A stretch of 64,000 nucleotides of DNA, taken from positions 3,990,026 through 4,054,025 of the forward strand of contig CM000208.1 of the NCBI GenBank assembly GCA_000002445.1, written 5' to 3'. The DNA comes from Trypanosoma brucei (Eukaryota). The position numbers were made by a program, and so were the translations under genes. Each line of letters starts with the position of its first letter. The first letter of the stretch is position 1. Of this stretch, positions 25,246 through 35,945 are shown in pieces. The notes under the pieces are model-generated. The model was not told the origin of the DNA, did no database searches, and saw only the letters and a program-made list of their open reading frames with translations.

Positions 25246-27038
25246 GACTAAATAGGTGGGGAAAATAGAACTAGACAAAACAGTGGTTAGTGTGCTGTAG
25301 GAGTAAATTAGTGGGAGATTACAAGAAATATTATTGAAAGAAACTTAAAGAATACAAATGAAGAGGGGGGTATGGAATTGTGCAGTTTAAGGCGTACAGA
25401 CGGCGGCAACAATAACTATACACGTGAACACGATAGAGGAGAAAGTAAGAGAGACAAAATCTACTGTACAGAACAAGTGAAGGCACTACATTATACGCAT
25501 TGATAGAAACAGTATGCAAAAATGAGGAAATAAAAAGCGGAGTAAAATAAGAAAAGGTGTGGCAAATGACCACGGATGACAGTAGCACAGAAGGAGAAAG
25601 GGATTTTGCTCCACATTTCACACATAAATTGATAGATGCTACTGAAGAGATAATACTGATTTTAATTTTAAATTTGATGATGCATCCTAATATTACGATT
25701 TAAAGATTGTAATGTACGAAGGGGTAATAATTTTCAGGTCACATTGAAGTCTTTTATCATATATTTTAACAGCCAATAACATTTGTGGCCAATAATTTAA
25801 GATAAGTAAATTTTTAAGCTTTAACTACTGATGAACTAGTGTGGACAGAAAAAATTAACAAAAAGCAGAAGCTGCTTAAAATGAAACATTTATGTACCTT
25901 TATAGAAAAATTGTGAAGTACGATAAGTTTTCAATTACTCTAATACAATTCAGCATTGGTATACTGGCTAAAAACTAAGACCTTTGAAGGAGCGAGTAAT
26001 CCATATAAAATTGGTTTCCAATGCACAACTAATTAATAATATTAATAAAACAATAGCATAGATAAAGGCGCTTCCTGTCCACAAATTTCCTAGGCTTAAC
26101 ATTCGACGAGCCAACTTGTAGCGAAGCAAAAACAAGAAGGAGGGAAAATCGTATCCGTGAACAATTAACACCGTTACTTTGTTTTTCCAGGAGCATAGAT
26201 TAAACTGTATAAAATTGAACCAACTAGCAGCCAAAATGGTTAAAGTGTAGATACAGAAAGTTTTCAAATAATTAGAGATATAGATGATTGAATGAGGTAG
26301 CGTATATGGAAATTTAATAGATGATGACAAATACGTGACAAAATGTCATAAATGGAAGTAGATTGGAGTTTTAATTACAAAGTGAACTGGAACCTATCAA
26401 CAATTGCTTCTCCGCTAAAAAAAAGACGTATCAAAAATAAGTCCAGTATCAGTATCGAACACAAAAAAATAAAAGTCATAGAAAATGCAAAAACTCTCAT
26501 AATATATGAAGCGCAACTAAATAAAAGATTATCTCCAGTTGTCGAACGAGAAATACAAGCTTAAGCAATGAGGACTGCAATGGAATCGGCCGGCAGACAG
26601 AAAGGGGTTAGAACGAGGTGGGTGATCTTAGTAGCGTAAATCGTTTTGAAACAAGTACTAAGAGGTATGATCACTGGAAAAGATATTCCTGTGGTGTGAT
26701 GGCCTGCAAGTGTGCGAAATCAAATAACTTTAACATAGAATAAATAGAGGAGATAAGTTCAATAGAAGAGAAAGTTTCTTCCTTAATTAGACGAATAAAT
26801 TTAAAATAACAGCAGAATTTAACAAGAGTCTGAAAAAAATGCAACCAGAACAAAAACTTCCCCCTGACGAAATCACAGGCAACCTTGGAAAACCAAACCA
26901 GAACAGAGTTACTCGTCGATGCTATCAATTCGAATACCAAAGAAGTAAGAGACACTTTTCCTGTTTTTTAAAAACAAAAAGAAGGCCGTAGAGAGAGTTC
27001 AGCACTCGGTGGAAGCTGGATTATTACACTCATACAAA

Positions 27039-28532
27039 ATGCCAACAAAAAGGCTCGCGTTAGTTCTCGTCTTCTGCTATCTCACAGACCAAACGACATG
27101 TGAAACAACGGAAGACACTGCAAACCGCGCCGCCAAAACGCCCTGTACACTAAGTGCATACTACAGAGCTATAGAAACCAAACTAACAAGCTGGATAAAC
27201 GAAGCAGCAGCCGCGCCGCAAAAATTGAACCTGCAGCTAAATGAATTGCAGTTGGCGGCGCTAAAGCACGCAGGCACAACCAAAGGAATTTCGTACACAG
27301 TACTAGCGGCAATCATCCGAAGGCGCCAAGCAGGCGCGATCACCTACACACAAACGGCAGTACCAAAGTTTGCAGCGGCCCTAGAACTAGTAGCAGCAAA
27401 AAGGGCAGAAACTCTAGTCTTAACAGGCGCAGCGGCTGCTACCACATCATCAGCGGTTAAACACGAGAAGGCAACCGCCGCACTCACAAAAGTATTGATA
27501 CAGGGCAGCGGCAGCAACAACGTCGGCTGCAAAGTAACGGCAACGCCTACTATAGTAACTCAAAAGAGCTGCGATTCAGAGGGGACGGCAATAACCAACG
27601 CACAAAAAATAGCAGAGAACCTCAAGGACATGAAAAAAATGGCGATAATAAAGCAGACGGCCATGACGCTACCCGAAGTAACCGCGCTCATAGAGGCACG
27701 AGGAACCATCGACGACGCCTCCCAATGGCAAACAGGAACAGGCGAACCTCACTGCGAACAGAATGGAAGCCCACAGGCCGCAAGCGCAGCACAGCACGCC
27801 GTATCAGCACAACAAATAAAACTAACTGCAAAAGCCACACCAACAATCGCAGCGCTAGCAGACCTCGCACAAGCGCAACAGCAACAGCAGCCTGCCAACC
27901 GCGCCGACACAACAGCGCTACTAACAAGCGACAGCGACCTAGCAACGGCTCTAACAGCAGCAACAGCGGCACAAAGCGAACAGCCGGGAACACTAGCGAA
28001 CGAAGCGCTGGAGGCCCTAGCAGGGGAACCAGAGGCCACGGCCATGTACAACTTTATGCAGCAAAGCACAGGAGCAGGAAGCAAAAAGACCCCAACAGCA
28101 AAAGAGGTTGCAAATTTAGTTTTTGGCACTGCAACAGCCACAGTAGACAAAGCCTTTTTGCAACCCCTCAGCACGGACGCAGTTTCTATCCCAACAGCCG
28201 GCAACGACATCAAAACGAACATAAAAGCAATTGCAGTCCAAGAAGGTTTCGAACAAGCAATGGCTTATTACTATGTTCAGAACATGCAAAAGCTAACAAA
28301 AGCTGTAGAAGGAGTCAAAAAAGAAGAAAAAGAAAAAGCAGATGCAACAGAAAAAACAGAAGAAAAGAAAGACGGGGAGAAAAAAGAGGAGTGTACAGGC
28401 ACCGTTGAAACTGATTGTGACAAGACAAAATGCACTTGGAATAAGGAAAAGAATGAGTGCAAAGTCAAAGAAAGTGCATATATTTCATCTGTGACTAAAG
28501 TCCCTCTTTTGCTTGCATTTTTGCTTCTATAA
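27039..28532 (+). CDS. VSG: VSG, intact (copy 2 of the tandem duplication), about 497 aa
   Basis: Uninterrupted ORF. Signal peptide MPTKRLALVLVFCYLTDQTTC, type A-like N-terminal domain, C-terminal domain ECTGTVETDCDKTKCTWNKEKNECKVKE, and GPI signal SAYISSVTKVPLLLAFLLL. The upstream 1.8 kb (25245-27008) duplicates 21375-23172. Confidence 0.9.
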   Translation: MPTKRLALVLVFCYLTDQTTCETTEDTANRAAKTPCTLSAYYRAIETKLTSWINEAAAAPQKLNLQLNELQLAALKHAGTTKGISYTVLAAIIRRRQAGAITYTQTAVPKFAAALELVAAKRAETLVLTGAAAATTSSAVKHEKATAALTKVLIQGSGSNNVGCKVTATPTIVTQKSCDSEGTAITNAQKIAENLKDMKKMAIIKQTAMTLPEVTALIEARGTIDDASQWQTGTGEPHCEQNGSPQAASAAQHAVSAQQIKLTAKATPTIAALADLAQAQQQQQPANRADTTALLTSDSDLATALTAATAAQSEQPGTLANEALEALAGEPEATAMYNFMQQSTGAGSKKTPTAKEVANLVFGTATATVDKAFLQPLSTDAVSIPTAGNDIKTNIKAIAVQEGFEQAMAYYYVQNMQKLTKAVEGVKKEEKEKADATEKTEEKKDGEKKEECTGTVETDCDKTKCTWNKEKNECKVKESAYISSVTKVPLLLAFLLL

Positions 28533-28814
28533 TTAAGTTTTTAAAAGATTTTTGATCAATCTTATGAAACTCATAAAATTTGGTATTTTGACAGGATTTT
28601 CTAAAAAGGTGCAAATTAAGAAATTTTGAGAAAAAAAGTTAACATTTTCTCAAATATGTAAGAAACTGTCCTTTGGATGCAACATAATATGGTGATAATG
28701 CATTCAAAGAGATTAAAGTTATAAGAATGTTGCTATTTTGGTTCATATTATTTTATTTGTGTACATTAAGAGAAATTTACGGTTATCATAGCAATAGTTA
28801 TAGCATCAAGAAAG

Positions 28815-28995
28815 AAATATAAGTAGTGACACTGATAACACTGATGAAACTGATGATGATAATGATAGGAGAGTGTTGTGAGTGTGCATATACAAATATT
28901 ATAATAAGAGCAGTAATAATAATAATGATAATGATGATGATAATAATAGGAGAGTGTTGTGAGTGTGTATATACTAATATTATAATAAAAGTGGT
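28815..28995 (+). repeat. 70-bp repeats (2 copies)
   Basis: gatgatgataatgataggagagtgttgtgagtgtgcatatacaaatattataataagagcagtaataat... occurs twice. Confidence 0.9.
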
Positions 28996-30402
28996 GGTCA
29001 ATACAAAATGGAACCCAAATAGAGGCACAAAAACAAGAGAAAGTGTCTAATTACAGTAAGTTAGTAGGAAATTGAAAGAAGTAGATGTAGTGTGAACGGT
29101 TTCAAGCGCAAAAATGGCAATGCGTACAATCTTACAAAAGAAGATGATAGAAACGACAATCAGACAGAGAAAGAATGCAGTGTACTGGCAAAAGGATGTC
29201 GCTGTGCTTTCCGTACAGAAAGCTACAGAAAAATAAAAGGAAAAAGGGAATGAAATAACTGAATATTAAATACCAGCAAACAAAGCAGGAGAAAATGAAA
29301 CAGGAGGAGAGGATATTGGTTACGTGGTTTTATAATATGATGGCATATCCTAGTATCAAGCTGTGAATAAGCATAAGATGAATTGTATAGGTGTGATAGA
29401 ATGTAAAAGTTTTTTCTTTTTAAGTATAGTAATAATGGCAATATTTTGTTGAATAATATTATTTTATTGAAGATGTGTTTTAGAAAGAAGGATACTAATG
29501 GATTGTAGTAGAAAACAAAACATGAATAAAACTAAAAAAACCTGCTAGTATAGCTTATATGTGAAGAAATGGAAAGATTTTGTGAGGTAGAGAGAATTAA
29601 TGGCAATACTTTATCAACTCCGTGTTATCATACAAAACAGAAGTTAAGAGCTTTAAAAGAACGAATAATTAACATAAGAGTTGATGCTCTTTCGGAGCTG
29701 ATAGAACGGACTAACAAAGTGTGGATAAATCACTTTTAGCGCCGAACCCACTCAAAATTAAACGAAGACGATACAAAACATTAGCATCTGGGAAAAAATA
29801 GAGACCGACATTTGGACACGCGAGCGAGACGCACTAACGGTATCTTTTTATTCCAAGACAAAACAAAGCTCCGGATTAACAGATTATAATCAACTGCAGT
29901 GTGCAAATGACATATGTTTAGATATAGATATATAATGCTATAAATTAGATTTGAAGTGTAATTTTTTTGCGCAACTAAGTGTTGGTTTGAACCGCTACTG
30001 AGCAACCGTAGAACACTGATATTCAAACTTTATTTCCCCTTTACAATACTCCAGTAAACGGCCGCGAGTTGCGACATCCATCATTGGTTGAACATTTGAC
30101 TATATCACTGTTTGTTTTAGACATGATAATAAGAAAAGTAAGTTGCAGCTAGTCTTTGGGTGCAACCCAAAAAAAGAAATGGAACCTGAGGTCAAAACCC
30201 TAGAACAGCCGAGAAGATAGAACACACATCAGCAGTGCACTTTACTCAAACTCAAGCCTTTTTTTCGCGGAGACGAAACACTCACTTTGCAGCGATCAAC
30301 CCAAAGTAAGTAGACTACATAGGTTGTTCTTTCAAGGTTCTGACGTCAATAACGCAGCTTCATTTTGTAAACAGCATTACTTCACGAAGAGTAACGCTAG
30401 AG

Positions 30403-32013
30403 GTGCAGCAAGAGATGCACAAGTCCAAGATATTCAACCTCATAACTAAAATTCTGCTGACTCTTGCAGTCATCAAAACCATCGAGTCAGCGAGCAAGGG
30501 CCCGATAACACATGCAGCGTGGAGCCCGCTCTGCACACTGAGCAAAGATAAGCAAAAGCTATACAACAGGGCAAACAAACTTCAAGACGACATCAGCAAC
30601 TTCTTCCAAACTGCGGCGAAGGCGTCCATTAAAGCGGCAATCGTCGCGGTCAAACTAAACTCAGCAGATGCAATGAAAGCGGCGATGGGTCTACAAGCAA
30701 AAATAAAGGCAGATGTGACTGCGAAAATGGCTGCAGCTGAGCAGTGTCGCACAATATCAACGGTGGTGACGCTGAGGTCAGCTTACTTACACGGGCGGAT
30801 AGCTGAATTCATCGAAATGATGACAGCCATGAGGGGAAAGACCAACGAGCACGCCTGTTTAAGCAAGCAAGGCGACGGTACCGACAGAGCCGCAGGCGAG
30901 ACGATCACCAAGCAACAAGCGACCTGCAAGCTTCATTCGGAGGAACTAACAAAACATAGCGAGGAGCTAACCGAACTCACGGCAACAGGATACCCAAAAC
31001 TAACACTGCCCACGGGCCTCACGACCAGCGAACAAGGAGGAGACACCAACCCCAACTGCATTTTCCTAACGACAACCGCAAACGAGCTAAACGGCAACGG
31101 CGGTTTCAAAGAAGCGATACCGCTGGCGGCGGGGTACTTGCTTAGAAAAGAGGACATGACCGCAAACTCAAAACAGGCGATTAATCAACTTCAAACCGTT
31201 GATGAGCCGGCAAGCGCCAAAACGACTGTAAGGCCCTACGTAGAACTTTGGAAGGCGTTCAAGCAACTGACAAACTGCGAAGCGATGTTCAGCGCGGCGT
31301 ACACACTGCCAACAGCGGAAGCATTAGTGGACAGCCCGGAAGTCAAAACGGCAATAAAGAATCACTTCCTACGAAAAGAAGGCCAGTATGAAGACAGTAA
31401 AGACAGCAAGGACGTCAACCCGATAGTAAAGCGTTTGTATAAACCAGACGATGAACACTATCCCAAAAAGTTCTGGCAGGAAACCGCCAAAAAGGACACA
31501 CCCCAAGCAGCCACTGGGAAAGCAGAGCTTTCTAAACTAGACGACATAGTGACTGAAGAAGAGTTAGCCCAGGTTCTGAGCTATTACACAAACATGCAGA
31601 TCCAAAATTTACACAAAGAACTAAAAGAAGCTCAAGAAAAAGCCTCACAGGCGAACCAGAGCGACGCTGCAGCCAAAGCAGCAGAAGACGCTTGCAATAA
31701 ACTAGATAACGAAGAAAAATGCAACAACGAGAAAAAGTGCAGTTATGACGATTCTAAGGAAAGTGGCAAAAAGTGCAAATATAATGCCACAAAAGCAAAA
31801 TCAAAAGTAAATGGTGTCCCTGTAACACAAACTCAAGATGGAGGAGCAATAACTGTAAACTGTGGCCAACATGCCGACAAGACTAAATGTGAGGAAAAAA
31901 CAAGGGAAAAACAACCCCTGTTTGTGTATGGAGAAAAGGCAAAGAGGGTGAACCTGATCAAGATAAAGAAATGTGCCGAAATGGTAGTTTCGTCAATAAA
32001 AAATTTACTCTGA
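30403..32013 (+). CDS. VSG: VSG (type A N-terminal domain). The C-terminal domain is frameshifted; the canonical end continues in another frame to about 32080.
   Basis: 536-aa ORF with signal peptide MQQEMHKSKIFNLITKILLTLAVIKTIESA. The C-terminus ...KCEEKTREKQPLFVYGEKAKRVNLIKIKKCAEMVVSSIKNLL* is out of frame. The +2 frame reads ...CVWRKGKEGEPDQDKEMCRNGSFVNKKFTLIAAVFMSFVCF. Confidence 0.85.
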   Translation: MQQEMHKSKIFNLITKILLTLAVIKTIESASKGPITHAAWSPLCTLSKDKQKLYNRANKLQDDISNFFQTAAKASIKAAIVAVKLNSADAMKAAMGLQAKIKADVTAKMAAAEQCRTISTVVTLRSAYLHGRIAEFIEMMTAMRGKTNEHACLSKQGDGTDRAAGETITKQQATCKLHSEELTKHSEELTELTATGYPKLTLPTGLTTSEQGGDTNPNCIFLTTTANELNGNGGFKEAIPLAAGYLLRKEDMTANSKQAINQLQTVDEPASAKTTVRPYVELWKAFKQLTNCEAMFSAAYTLPTAEALVDSPEVKTAIKNHFLRKEGQYEDSKDSKDVNPIVKRLYKPDDEHYPKKFWQETAKKDTPQAATGKAELSKLDDIVTEEELAQVLSYYTNMQIQNLHKELKEAQEKASQANQSDAAAKAAEDACNKLDNEEKCNNEKKCSYDDSKESGKKCKYNATKAKSKVNGVPVTQTQDGGAITVNCGQHADKTKCEEKTREKQPLFVYGEKAKRVNLIKIKKCAEMVVSSIKNLL

Positions 32014-32254
32014 TTGCTGCTGTCTTTATGAGTTTTGTATGCTTTTATAATTCAAGCGTTTTGCGTATTTTTGCTCAATTTTGTGGAATTTATGAAGTTT
32101 GATATACTTTAACGCTTTTGTAAAGCTTTTGAAAAATATGAAATTTTTAAAATATTGTGGCTTATGAGTATAAAGTAGTAGAGTGATATGGTATGAAAGA
32201 TGGGTAAAATTCTAAATTTTTCATATTTTGTTTATTGTAGGGATGTTGCTTAAG

Positions 32255-32430
32255 GTCATTGTAGGAATAATGATGATGATAAGATAGTTGTGAGTGTGTA
32301 TATATACGAATTTTATGATAGGAGCAGTAATAATGATAATAATGATAATAATAATAGTGATAATAATAATAGGAGAGTGTTGTGAGTGTGTATATATACG
32401 GATATTATAATAAGAGCAATGATGGCAGAG
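32255..32430 (+). repeat. 70-bp repeats (about 2 copies)
   Basis: ggaataatgatgatgataagatagttgtgagtgtgtatatatacgaattttatgataggagcagtaataatgataat...aggagagtgttgtgagtgtgtatatatacggatattataataagagc. Confidence 0.85.
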
Positions 32431-33336
32431 AAAAAATTTACAGTCTAATTAGAGGCATTAAACAATGATAAGAGTGTAGTAGGAAGAAGTGAGTGACACA
32501 GAATGTCCAGTAGCGGATAATAATATCACTTTAGAGGTAATAACTAAAGGAGAGCGGAATACAGCTACTTTAACAGTAGAGATAAAACATGAACCAATAA
32601 CATGAAGTAATATTCGTCCACTATCATGAAAAGACGCAGGCCAAAAGGTAGGAGCCTCTGTATCTACTTCCTTGTACGTAACGGCAGAAACTCAGATGGT
32701 ACTGATAAAAGGTAAAGGAAAATGTGTCCCTAAAAAGGTAAGAAAACGCAAATAAATTAACGGAAGATCTTTAAGAAGTGTGGTAAATTAATTAAGATAT
32801 CCAATCAATTTCGTATAAGTATAAACACCAGACATTAATACATTTGTTGAAGAAAATAACCCATGTAAAAGTTTTTGTTGATACGAAGCTGAAATAATGA
32901 TTGATAAACAAAACGGTAAAAAAATACTTTGTGGTTCAAAAATTAAACGTATTAAAAGTCATAAAACTAAACTGACGTCATATAATCACAAACGGAAACA
33001 ATAAGTCGATAGGGTCTTCCAGAAAGAGAAGTGTTACCTTGTTATTCTTAGTCAAACCGAACCTTCAAATTAAAAGAAGATAGAAGAAAGTGAGAACCTC
33101 AAATTTAGATGCAATAGATGCAGATAGAAAGATGTGGCTTAAAAAATCTCAATATTGTTGAAGATAAAATCTCGCTCATAGTTGCAATTCTTCTCATGAA
33201 GTTTTTGTTTTGCATCTGCACTTGATGTTCCGTCTGGGAGCTCATCTGATATTCCCACTTTTTCTCATCCTCACACGTTGGGCGACTAAATTCTGAAAGA
33301 ACGACCATATACAGCCTAAGACAAAAACCTTTCAAG

Positions 33337-34875
33337 ATGACGGCACTTCGAACAGCAGCCGTTTGTGTTATTGTATTACTATCCATGCGACCCGGAAGTG
33401 ATGGGGCAGGCCAAGCCGGTTTGCTCAAAACGGTGTGGCAACCAGTATGCGGACTTTCAGAAGAACTAGATGTTGTCGGCGGAAATAGCCTGCGAATAAT
33501 AGATGACATACTCTCCGCGGCAACAAACCAAACCAACACCGCGATTCGCTTGCGCATCTACGCCCTAAAAAACATTGAGGAGAAGCCTGTCAAGGAGATC
33601 AGTGCTTTAGCGTCCTACTATGCCGCGCGCGGCCACGCAGCGATAATGGACATGCAAGCTACAGAGTTAGCAAAACATATAGCCGCGGTGCGGTCAGCCA
33701 CATACCTGAAGGGCAGAATCGACGAAGGGATAAACATGCTAGAACAGGTCAAAGGTGGGCAAAACGGCTGCCTAGTCGCCACCGCAGCTGACGACACCAC
33801 CGAGGTCAGAACAGGGACAAGGATAGGAGGCGTCGAATGCAAGCTGAAGCTGAGCGAACTTTCCAAGACAACATGGAGCAAAGCCAACATCGACGAAACC
33901 GGCTACCCAAACTTAAAGGAAGGAGGAACAACGTCGGGAACTGCCGTCCAGCCAACCGATAGCAACAACGTGTGCCGGCTGTTACACCACTCGAGCGCAC
34001 ATGGCCTAGGCAACAGTGCAAACCTAGACACCGCAGTCAAGAGCCTCGCCGGCTACATAACAACGGGCGCGACTGCAGCGCCAACACTAGCAGCAAGGGC
34101 AAGCTTAACAACAACTAAAACAAGCGCCACAGGCGCGTGGGTCGACGCCTACGAACGCGCCGGCAAATATCGGCCGAAATTAAACACAGAGTACTCAAGC
34201 GATACGAGCCCCCTGGACAAGCGCCCAGATTTAGTAAAAGCCGTACGTTCAACGGAAACAAAACTTGAAGGTGAAGGTGAAGAACCAGCAGCAAAGCTAG
34301 TAACAGCTTATTTTGGGGGCACAGAACCAAATAAACTAGACGCTTTCCTGAAACTCGTCGAACAAGACAAGATACCCAAAGGCATCGCCGGGTTACAAAA
34401 AGACACTTTCATCGGGCAGATCACAAACACCGAGCAACTAAACCAAATTCTTTCTTATTATGTGTACCATGCCAGCCTCAACTATAATGCACTGCAGAAA
34501 AAACTAGATGAAGCAACAAAGAAAAAAGACACAAAAGCAGCGGAAGATACCTGCAACAAAATAAAGGATGAAACAGCCTGCAGCAACAAGCCTTTTTGCA
34601 CCTATAACACAACAGAAACCGACGAAAATAAAAAGTGCAAATTTGATGAAACAAAAGCAAAATCAAAAGTAAATGGTGTCCCTGTAACACAAACTCAAGA
34701 TGGAGGAGCAATAACTGTAAACTGTGGCCAACATGCCGACAAGACTAAATGTGAGGAAAAAACAAGGGAAAAACAACCCCTGTTTGTGTATGGAGAAAAG
34801 GCAAAGAGGGTGAACCTGATCAAGATAAAGAAATGTGCCGAAATGGTAGTTTCGTCAATAAAAAATTTACTCTGA
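33337..34875 (+). CDS. VSG: VSG (type A N-terminal domain). Its 3' end is identical to that of the VSG at 30403 and carries the same frameshifted C-terminal domain.
   Basis: 512-aa ORF with signal peptide MTALRTAAVCVIVLLSMRPGSDGA. Its N-terminal domain is unrelated to that of 30403-32013, but from about 34650 the nucleotide sequence equals 31790 onward (...KAKSKVNGVPVTQTQDGGAITVNCGQHADKTKCEEKTREKQPLFVYGEKAKRVNLIKIKKCAEMVVSSIKNLL*). Confidence 0.85.
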   Translation: MTALRTAAVCVIVLLSMRPGSDGAGQAGLLKTVWQPVCGLSEELDVVGGNSLRIIDDILSAATNQTNTAIRLRIYALKNIEEKPVKEISALASYYAARGHAAIMDMQATELAKHIAAVRSATYLKGRIDEGINMLEQVKGGQNGCLVATAADDTTEVRTGTRIGGVECKLKLSELSKTTWSKANIDETGYPNLKEGGTTSGTAVQPTDSNNVCRLLHHSSAHGLGNSANLDTAVKSLAGYITTGATAAPTLAARASLTTTKTSATGAWVDAYERAGKYRPKLNTEYSSDTSPLDKRPDLVKAVRSTETKLEGEGEEPAAKLVTAYFGGTEPNKLDAFLKLVEQDKIPKGIAGLQKDTFIGQITNTEQLNQILSYYVYHASLNYNALQKKLDEATKKKDTKAAEDTCNKIKDETACSNKPFCTYNTTETDENKKCKFDETKAKSKVNGVPVTQTQDGGAITVNCGQHADKTKCEEKTREKQPLFVYGEKAKRVNLIKIKKCAEMVVSSIKNLL

Positions 34876-35119
34876 TTGCTGCTGTCTTTATGAGTTTTGT
34901 ATGCTTTTATAATTCAAGCGTTTTGCGTATTTTTGCTCAATTTTGTGGAATTTATGAAGTTTGATATACTTTAACGCTTTTGTAAAGCTTTTGAAAAATA
35001 TGAAATTTTTAAAATATTGTGGCTTATGAGTATAAAGTAGTAGAGTGATATGGTATGAAAGATGGGTAAAATTCTAAATTTTTCATATTTTGTTTATTGT
35101 AGGGATGTTGCTTAAGGTC

Positions 35120-35200
35120 ATTGTAGGAATAATGATGATGATAAGATAGTTGTGAGTGTGTATATATACGAATAATATAATAAGAGCAATGATGGTGTAT
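35120..35200 (+). repeat. 70-bp repeat
   Basis: ggaataatgatgatgataagatagttgtgagtgtgtatatatacgaataatataataagagcaatgatgg. Confidence 0.8.
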
Positions 35201-35945
35201 AATAACTACAAACCTAAGAGAAAGGCACTTAAAACAGTGGCAAAGTGAAATGGGAGTACATAATGGAGTCAAATAGAATACAAGAAATATTATTATTTAA
35301 AAGTTGCAGAAACGGAAAGTAAAGATGATAGAATGTGGTCATGTTAAAACATATACGGGACTATTGCATCATGATATCGACAGACTTGATGAAGGGTACA
35401 ATTAAGGAAAGAGTGAGTCCAGTATAGAATTATAATGCAGGCGCTACTTAATCATTAGTAATATAAGCATAAGAAAAGAGGAAGAAACATAATATGGAAT
35501 GAGACAATGCAATTAGCAAAAGCACAACGCAGAAAGAAAATTGTACAGGGGGAGATTGTGCTCCACATTTCACACACAAATGGATAGATGCAATTTCGGA
35601 AATGGTGGAGGCAGTGGTGTTCAACTTTATTGTGCAGTAACATGTCAAACATTAAACTCAGGTAGCTGAAAATGATGGCCTGCACATGGGTGTTTTCCAT
35701 AAAAGCAGAAAATCAGGAGCTCTAGAGTCCATTTGTTACCTGATTGTGAGTGTTTAGTTAGAGTGCTTCAAACGAATGTAAATTTTAATTTGAGGTGTAA
35801 AGAATACCGTGCCAGAGGAAATGGCAAATCACAAACAAAAAACATCAAAATGACTTACTTGGTTAACCATAATGAACTCAACTTTAACTGTCACTTTGGT
35901 AAGTGGACCTAAATCAAAGTCAATTACCAGGTTCATCAGCGGATT

